DNA of 57,380 nucleotides from a virus: UHGV virus genome UHGV-0150885; one strand, 5' to 3'. Shown piece by piece: positions 51,612 to 57,380 of this stretch (position 1 is its first letter; each line of letters starts with the position of its first letter). The notes under the pieces were generated by a model. It saw only the letters and a program-made list of their open reading frames with translations, ran no database searches and was not told where the DNA came from. The position numbers and the translations under genes were made by a program.

Positions 51612-54600
51612 ATGATCTACACCATTGGAAGCATTGCCGTATCCGGTAACACGCTGACCGGGACGGGTACGAATTTTAAAGCGCCGCTATCCATGATCCG
51701 CGTGGGGTGTACTGTTATCGTAAAAAGTAACCCCATTCAGATCTTTTCTATCACTGAAATTGTCAGTGAAACGGAATTGTCTGTAACCCCGGCAGCATCA
51801 CCGGATATTCCGGCGGGTACTGCTTACAGTATTTTGCTGTGCGATTCGATCTCGGTTGACGGGCTGGCCCAGGACGTAGCGGAGGCATTGCGCTATTTCA
51901 CCGGACAAGAATCAGAGATCTATGCTGCCGTCGAATACTGGAAAAATTATGGTGATGCCGCGCAGGTTGAAGCACTGTTAGCCGCTATTCAGGCAGAAAC
52001 AGCGCAATCAAACGCCAACGCCGCCGCGACCGCCGCAGACGTTGAAACAACCGCCGCCGCGCGGGATGAAGCTATTACCGCGAAAAATGCCGCAGAAGAT
52101 TACAGCGTACTGGCTGGGAAACATGCCGCCACCGCCACCACGCAGGCGACCACGGCAACCGAACAAGCCACCATCGCCACTAATGCCGCCAGCGCCGCGC
52201 AGACCGCGCAGACCGCTACCGAAACGGCCCGTGACGAAGCCGCCGCGCAAGCAACCGTCGCAACTGAACAGGCAGCCGTAGCGACCGAACAAGCCACCGC
52301 CGCCGCGGCCGCCGCCGCAGAGGCAAAAGATCATCGCGGCACGGCGTACATCTGGATGAATAACGCCGCAGAATCAGCGACCACAGCAACCGAACAAGCC
52401 ACCATCGCTACAGAAGCCGCCACTGCTGCCGAAACAAGCGCCGCCAATGTTGCAGAAGACGAACAAGAAATTGCAGCTAATGCCGCCGCCGCCGCAGAAT
52501 CAGCCACCGCCGCCGCACTTTCGGAAGCGAACGCCAAAACCTACATGGAGCAAGCAAAATCACTATCAGAAGATTCACTATCTCTTATTGGCCTGGGTGC
52601 TGATCGCCGTGATTGGCCTGATTGCACAGTTAACCCATCAGCCTATATTGGCTTTGTTCGTCTGGAAGAGGCGACCGCAACGGGTTTCCCGTCTATCGCT
52701 TCCGGTGAAGTCTACTTGGTAGGCTGGCTGGCACGCGGTGACGGCCTGATCATTAACGGCTGTTTTGTGGGAACTAACACGCGCTCACTTTATACATACA
52801 TGTATAACAATGCCGATGGGACTTACGGCTGGACACGTCACGCCCGGAAGGATGAAGTAAGCCGCTTATTGCAGACGAGTAACTCAACAGGCGAAACGCA
52901 GTTATGGGACGGCGTGGGCCAAAATTACATCTTCGTGAATAATACGGGGTGGGGTGCTTATTCAGTTGATGGGGCAATTAAGTTAGGCATCAATTATGGT
53001 GGTACGGGCGGCGGTAACGCCGGACAAGCCCGCACAAATTTACAAGTAATGTACGAGCAAAAAACCGATCTTGCTGACACGGATCTGGATACGCTCACGG
53101 GCGAGTATTCCGGTTTTTATCGCCAAAAACTCAACGCGCAAGCTACTACTGATCGCCATTATCCGTGCAATAATGCGGGTGCGCTTGTTGTGATTGGGAA
53201 TAGTGCTAATACTGATTCTGGATGCACGCAAATTTATTACCCTTATAACTATAATGCTTCGTTTTATCTTCGTAGTTTTGATGCGGCAACTTTCACATGG
53301 TCAGAATGGGCGCGTTTTCTTAGTTCTGGTGTGTTATTGGGTGACATTGGTCTAACTAACGCCCCGCGCGATTGCGCCGATATTTCCGGCAATCCCGCCG
53401 CTTACATTGGCTTTATTCGTATTCGCGAAGGCGTCACCGGATGGCCCGAAGACGTCGCGGACGGTGAAGCATATCTAACAGGCTTCATTAGCGTAAACGA
53501 TGGTTCGCCATCATATACAGGCATTTTCCAGGGGTGGGGGACACGCTCGCTTTATACTTATCGTTGGAGTGAAAGCACTGGCCCACAATGGACGCGACAC
53601 GCAAGAAAAAATGAGGTTAGTCGATTTAATCAAAGCGGCAGCAATCGGACAGTAGTTTATTCTATGGACGACTCGACAGCAGGGTGCTATCTTCAGCTCG
53701 ACGCGACGGGCCGCTGGGGTTATTACAGTCCGGTTGATAATTGCTGGAAGGCGTTAGCTATTGAACAGGGCGGCACAGGGGCTGTAACAGTCGACGAAGC
53801 AAGAGAAAACTTAAAAGTAGATCGCCTTGCTCAATGGGGTAGTGAAACCTGGGTATATAACGCAGATTCATCTATGCGTTTAGGGCTTACTGGAACATCG
53901 TGGGGCTGTTATAGCGACACTCAATCAAAATGGATTCCGCTTGATTTATCACATGGTGGTACAGGTGCAAACGATGCAGCCACGGCCCGCACCAACCTTG
54001 CCGCTATGCACGAACAAAAAAGCTCACTAGCTGACACCGATCTGGATACGCTTACCGCCGCTTATTCCGGTGTTTACTGGCAGGGCGCATCATCAAAAGC
54101 AACAACCGAACTGCATTACCCATGCAAATATGGTGGTGCACTGGTTGTACTGAAAAACGGCAACTATACAAACGGGGCCACGCAATTATATTACCCGTAC
54201 AATTCGACGGGTTTGTATTACATGCGCACCTATTACGCCAATTTGGAAACCTGGACGGATTGGGCTAAATTCGAATCCGATCCACTTATTCATGAAGAAG
54301 CACCATTTCCTGACGTATGGATACCGTTTAACGATTCACTTGATATGCTGGCAGGCTTCGCTCCTGGCTATAAGAAAGTAACGGTTAACGACGAAACCAC
54401 ATCCATCCCGTCGGATAAAGTGGTGGGCTTCGCCCGCGCCAGCACTGCGACTTATATTAATAAATCCGGTGTTTTAACCATTGCTGATATTGATGAGCCA
54501 CGTTTCGAACGCGAGGGATTATTAATTGAAGGTACTCGCACAAACTTCTTTATTAACGGTAGCGTTCCTGCAAGTTGGGGCCGATCAACTAATATCACCG

Positions 54601-55589
54601 CTACAGCAGAAACTGACAGCTACGGTTTCCTGTACGGAAAATTCGTGATCGACGACAGTGCAGTTGGCGGTACTGGTGCTTGCAACATGGCATCAGTGAT
54701 CACTGCTAACGTTATCGACACTACTCAGCACGATGAACAGTACGTCACGGTTTCTTGTCGTTTTCGTTCGTCAAGCGACGTCCGGTTGCGTATCCGTTTT
54801 GCTGGTGGTGAAGATACTTCCAGCCTGGCATTCCTGTGTGATGCGTATATCAAACTAAGCGACATGACTGTAACGAAAGCAGGCGGCGGTGCAGACAATA
54901 TCACTGTTAGTGTAACAACAGACAACATCACCGGATGGAATCGCGCAGTGGTGACGTATAAATCAACCGTAACGCTGGTTACTGCACAAATTCAGCTTGC
55001 TCCGGTTAGCGCGTTCGTGTCCGGCGACTACATGGAACTAGCGACACCTCAAGTCGAGCTTGGCCCGAATGCATCATCGTATATTTGCTCAGGTTCAACT
55101 CCTTCTACCCGTGCGAGCGATCTAGTAAGCATTACGACTAAAAACAACCTTGCGCGTCCTCCGTTCAGTTTCCTGATCGAGCTTCACAAGGACTGGTTCA
55201 GAGCGCCAAACGCCGCGCCGCGTGTTTTTGATATTGCCAACGCTAATACGGGGCAGGGCGTTATCGCTGCGGTTAACCGTGGTAGCGATAAGTATTACAT
55301 GTCTCTATCCAAAAGTGACGGAGCTTATATCAATTCCGCCGCCGCTTCCGTATTGCCAAATAAGGCCATTATTGGTGCGGTAGTTAAAGATGATGATACT
55401 TTCCATGTAATCATGAATGGTGTAGCCGTTGCAGATGCAACATGTTCTTACGGTGGAGTAACTCAGGACAAAAACATCAGATTCGGCGGTCAAACATCAA
55501 CAGGTGAGCGCCACTTATTCGGACACATCCGCAATTTCCGTATCTGGCACAAAGCGCTAACCGACGGGCAATTATTCGAAAAGGTTTAA
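51612..55589 (+). CDS. Tail fibre protein with Ala/Thr-rich repeat region and internal module duplication
   Basis: 1325 aa; Ala-rich low-complexity helical region; repeated GGTG...ARTNL collar-like motifs; two copies of ~250-aa module. Confidence 0.8.
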   Translation: MIYTIGSIAVSGNTLTGTGTNFKAPLSMIRVGCTVIVKSNPIQIFSITEIVSETELSVTPAASPDIPAGTAYSILLCDSISVDGLAQDVAEALRYFTGQESEIYAAVEYWKNYGDAAQVEALLAAIQAETAQSNANAAATAADVETTAAARDEAITAKNAAEDYSVLAGKHAATATTQATTATEQATIATNAASAAQTAQTATETARDEAAAQATVATEQAAVATEQATAAAAAAAEAKDHRGTAYIWMNNAAESATTATEQATIATEAATAAETSAANVAEDEQEIAANAAAAAESATAAALSEANAKTYMEQAKSLSEDSLSLIGLGADRRDWPDCTVNPSAYIGFVRLEEATATGFPSIASGEVYLVGWLARGDGLIINGCFVGTNTRSLYTYMYNNADGTYGWTRHARKDEVSRLLQTSNSTGETQLWDGVGQNYIFVNNTGWGAYSVDGAIKLGINYGGTGGGNAGQARTNLQVMYEQKTDLADTDLDTLTGEYSGFYRQKLNAQATTDRHYPCNNAGALVVIGNSANTDSGCTQIYYPYNYNASFYLRSFDAATFTWSEWARFLSSGVLLGDIGLTNAPRDCADISGNPAAYIGFIRIREGVTGWPEDVADGEAYLTGFISVNDGSPSYTGIFQGWGTRSLYTYRWSESTGPQWTRHARKNEVSRFNQSGSNRTVVYSMDDSTAGCYLQLDATGRWGYYSPVDNCWKALAIEQGGTGAVTVDEARENLKVDRLAQWGSETWVYNADSSMRLGLTGTSWGCYSDTQSKWIPLDLSHGGTGANDAATARTNLAAMHEQKSSLADTDLDTLTAAYSGVYWQGASSKATTELHYPCKYGGALVVLKNGNYTNGATQLYYPYNSTGLYYMRTYYANLETWTDWAKFESDPLIHEEAPFPDVWIPFNDSLDMLAGFAPGYKKVTVNDETTSIPSDKVVGFARASTATYINKSGVLTIADIDEPRFEREGLLIEGTRTNFFINGSVPASWGRSTNITATAETDSYGFLYGKFVIDDSAVGGTGACNMASVITANVIDTTQHDEQYVTVSCRFRSSSDVRLRIRFAGGEDTSSLAFLCDAYIKLSDMTVTKAGGGADNITVSVTTDNITGWNRAVVTYKSTVTLVTAQIQLAPVSAFVSGDYMELATPQVELGPNASSYICSGSTPSTRASDLVSITTKNNLARPPFSFLIELHKDWFRAPNAAPRVFDIANANTGQGVIAAVNRGSDKYYMSLSKSDGAYINSAAASVLPNKAIIGAVVKDDDTFHVIMNGVAVADATCSYGGVTQDKNIRFGGQTSTGERHLFGHIRNFRIWHKALTDGQLFEKV

Positions 55590-55598
55590 GGTGATAAC

Positions 55599-55865
55599 AT
55601 GCGAGATATTAGCTTACAGTTTACTGATAAACAACAATATAACGACATTGTGATTAATAGCGGCTGGCTGGACGCCCAGCCGTCAACCGTATTTATTGAT
55701 GATATTGGTTTTGTTTTGGTATTCGACGATCCAGAAAGTGAAAACCCGGTTTTAATCGAGCGCAAAGGGTATTACGTCAACATGCGCATAACCAGTGACA
55801 ACATTGATATTGCCCCGCTGGAAGACTTTATTGTTCCAGATCCGGGCGTCCGCGCATGGGCTTAA
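55599..55865 (+). CDS. Hypothetical protein (88 aa), possible tail-fibre accessory
   Basis: ORF track; between two fibre genes. Confidence 0.45.
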   Translation: MRDISLQFTDKQQYNDIVINSGWLDAQPSTVFIDDIGFVLVFDDPESENPVLIERKGYYVNMRITSDNIDIAPLEDFIVPDPGVRAWA

Positions 55866-55877
55866 TAGGGGGTAGTA

Positions 55878-57380
55878 ATGAGCATTACAACAGAAGGTAA
55901 AGTGACCGCCGAAAAGGGTGTTTTTTCCGGTTATTCATTCACGGCGCAAGGGGTTGATGTTGTTAATAATACATTTTATTCCAAGCTCAAAGATTCGACT
56001 GGCGCAGTAATCGGCCAGGCTGAATTCAGATCAGGAGAAAACCAGGGCCAAGTAATTGTTCGCGATCTCACAACCGCCGCCGCACATAAATTCTTTAACT
56101 TTAACAAAGACGGCACGTTTCACTCGCCTGGCGGTCACGTTACCCACACTGGCGCGGATTGGAGCGGGCAAATATCCGATAACGTAAACAAATTTAAGCC
56201 TATGGCTGGCAGCACTAATGGGCCATCAGATCCGACCGTGTTCGGTGGTTTTCATGTTCAATTCAGCGGTAACTATGCTGTTCAGTTTGCCGGGCGCTTA
56301 TCCCAATTTTGGGCCAGGACTTTTGAGGCTGGCACGGATAATGGCTGGAAGCGTTTATTAACCACAGACGACCTAAGCACATCCACTGACTTAACAGTCA
56401 ACAGCCTGACTACCACATCAGCGGTTAGATCTGGTGGTGGCGATTTGCATATCATCGGCGACACGTCGAAACGCAGTGCGATGAATTGCGGCCTTACTGG
56501 TTACGACTCCACCGGAAAAAACATGGGCTGGTATCTTGGCACATATAAGAGCCAGACGTATAAGGTATGGTTTGAAGATTATTTAGGTAGCGAAGGTGTA
56601 ATGCTGAATGGCGACGACGGATCTGTACAGCTTTACAGTGGCGGGCAAACTGGCACATCGCAGACTTTAACGCTTAGTGATAGCGGCTTAACATCTACCT
56701 GTGATTTGCATTTGGTGCAACCTAGTGGAATGTCCGGTAAATCTTTTGTTCTCCAGAATAGCGGTAACGCTTACCATGACATGTATGTACAATGCTGGGG
56801 TGATGGTTACGAAGGTTCGGATCGCTATAGCGTCTTTGAGGTAAAACTTTCAACAGGCTATCTGTTTTACGCTCAACGTCAAAGCGACACATCGCAGACC
56901 CTTAATGTTAACGGTAGCGTTGCTTGCACTTCGCTATCTCAATCCTCAGACCGCGACTTGAAAGATAACATCCAGGTCATTAGCGACGCCACCGCAGCGA
57001 TCCGCAAAATGAATGGTTACACCTACACCCTGAAAGAAAACGGCCTGCCTTACGCTGGTGTTATCGCTCAGGAATGTATGGAGGCCATCCCGGAAGCGGT
57101 AGGATCGTTTATTCAGTACGGTGAAGAACTGGCAGGCCCGACACAAAGCGGTCATGAACTGCGAGAAGAAACACGCTACCTTAACGTAGACTATGCCGCA
57201 GTAACTGGTCTGCTTGTCCAGGTGGCACGCGAAACAGATGATCGCGTTACCGCACTGGAGGAAGAAAACGCCAACTTACGCGCTAGCGCGGCTGTCATGG
57301 ATGAACGCATCACCAATCTTGAAAATCAGGTTAGCGAACTGGTTGCGCTTGTTAAGCAGTTAACCGGAAGCGAAGAATAA
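55878..57380 (+). CDS. Tail fibre/tailspike protein with C-terminal intramolecular chaperone (peptidase S74-like) domain
   Basis: 500 aa; C-terminal LSQSSDRDLKDNIQ motif then coiled-coil tail, as in autoproteolytic chaperone domains. Confidence 0.75.
   Translation: MSITTEGKVTAEKGVFSGYSFTAQGVDVVNNTFYSKLKDSTGAVIGQAEFRSGENQGQVIVRDLTTAAAHKFFNFNKDGTFHSPGGHVTHTGADWSGQISDNVNKFKPMAGSTNGPSDPTVFGGFHVQFSGNYAVQFAGRLSQFWARTFEAGTDNGWKRLLTTDDLSTSTDLTVNSLTTTSAVRSGGGDLHIIGDTSKRSAMNCGLTGYDSTGKNMGWYLGTYKSQTYKVWFEDYLGSEGVMLNGDDGSVQLYSGGQTGTSQTLTLSDSGLTSTCDLHLVQPSGMSGKSFVLQNSGNAYHDMYVQCWGDGYEGSDRYSVFEVKLSTGYLFYAQRQSDTSQTLNVNGSVACTSLSQSSDRDLKDNIQVISDATAAIRKMNGYTYTLKENGLPYAGVIAQECMEAIPEAVGSFIQYGEELAGPTQSGHELREETRYLNVDYAAVTGLLVQVARETDDRVTALEEENANLRASAAVMDERITNLENQVSELVALVKQLTGSEE

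Noticed and set aside
52008-52537. Several Gly/Arg/Pro- or Ala-rich ORFs on both strands within the tail fibre gene
   Set aside because: Produced by the GC-rich Ala-codon repeat region of the fibre gene read in alternative frames; low-complexity translations.
1-57380. CRISPR array or rRNA/tRNA genes anywhere in the window
   Set aside because: No regularly spaced direct repeats with unique spacers and no rRNA/tRNA-like segments seen; the only tandem repeats are the 11-bp iterons and 10-bp att-proximal repeats.

Overview
The window is almost entirely one lambdoid (P22/lambda-mosaic) siphovirus-type prophage, from an integrase at about 1.3 kb to tail-fibre genes at the window end (right boundary not reached). 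All calls are from reading the sequence and ORF track by eye; no searches were run. The left flank (1-1000) holds a Nextera adapter, an ISAs1-family transposase remnant and a frameshifted GNAT acetyltransferase, so this is a draft-contig end. Layout, left to right: P4-type integrase with a convergent excisionase; a leftward replication operon (HTH protein, initiator with internal iterons, Rha-type antirepressor, HTH-metallophosphoesterase, DnaB-like helicase, NinB); cI-like S24 repressor; a rightward early operon (N-like antiterminator, Erf, SSB, many small ORFs, Dam and a C5-MTase-like gene, NinG, RusA, Q); a 4-kb array of small genes; a late promoter/terminator unit; lysis genes (pinholin-like, SAR endolysin, Rz/Rz1); terminase, portal, head genes, and lambda-like tail genes (tape measure, M, L, K, I, J) plus tail fibres. 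The strongest candidates for something undescribed are (a) eight tandem tiny hydrophobic ORFs next to an HExxH protein between lysis and terminase, (b) four reverse-oriented moron cassettes inside the tail operon, each with its own promoter of one conserved family, and (c) a tandem paralogue array between Q and the late promoter. Hand-called coordinates for small ORFs and motifs may be off by 1-2 nt. No tRNA, rRNA or CRISPR array was seen.
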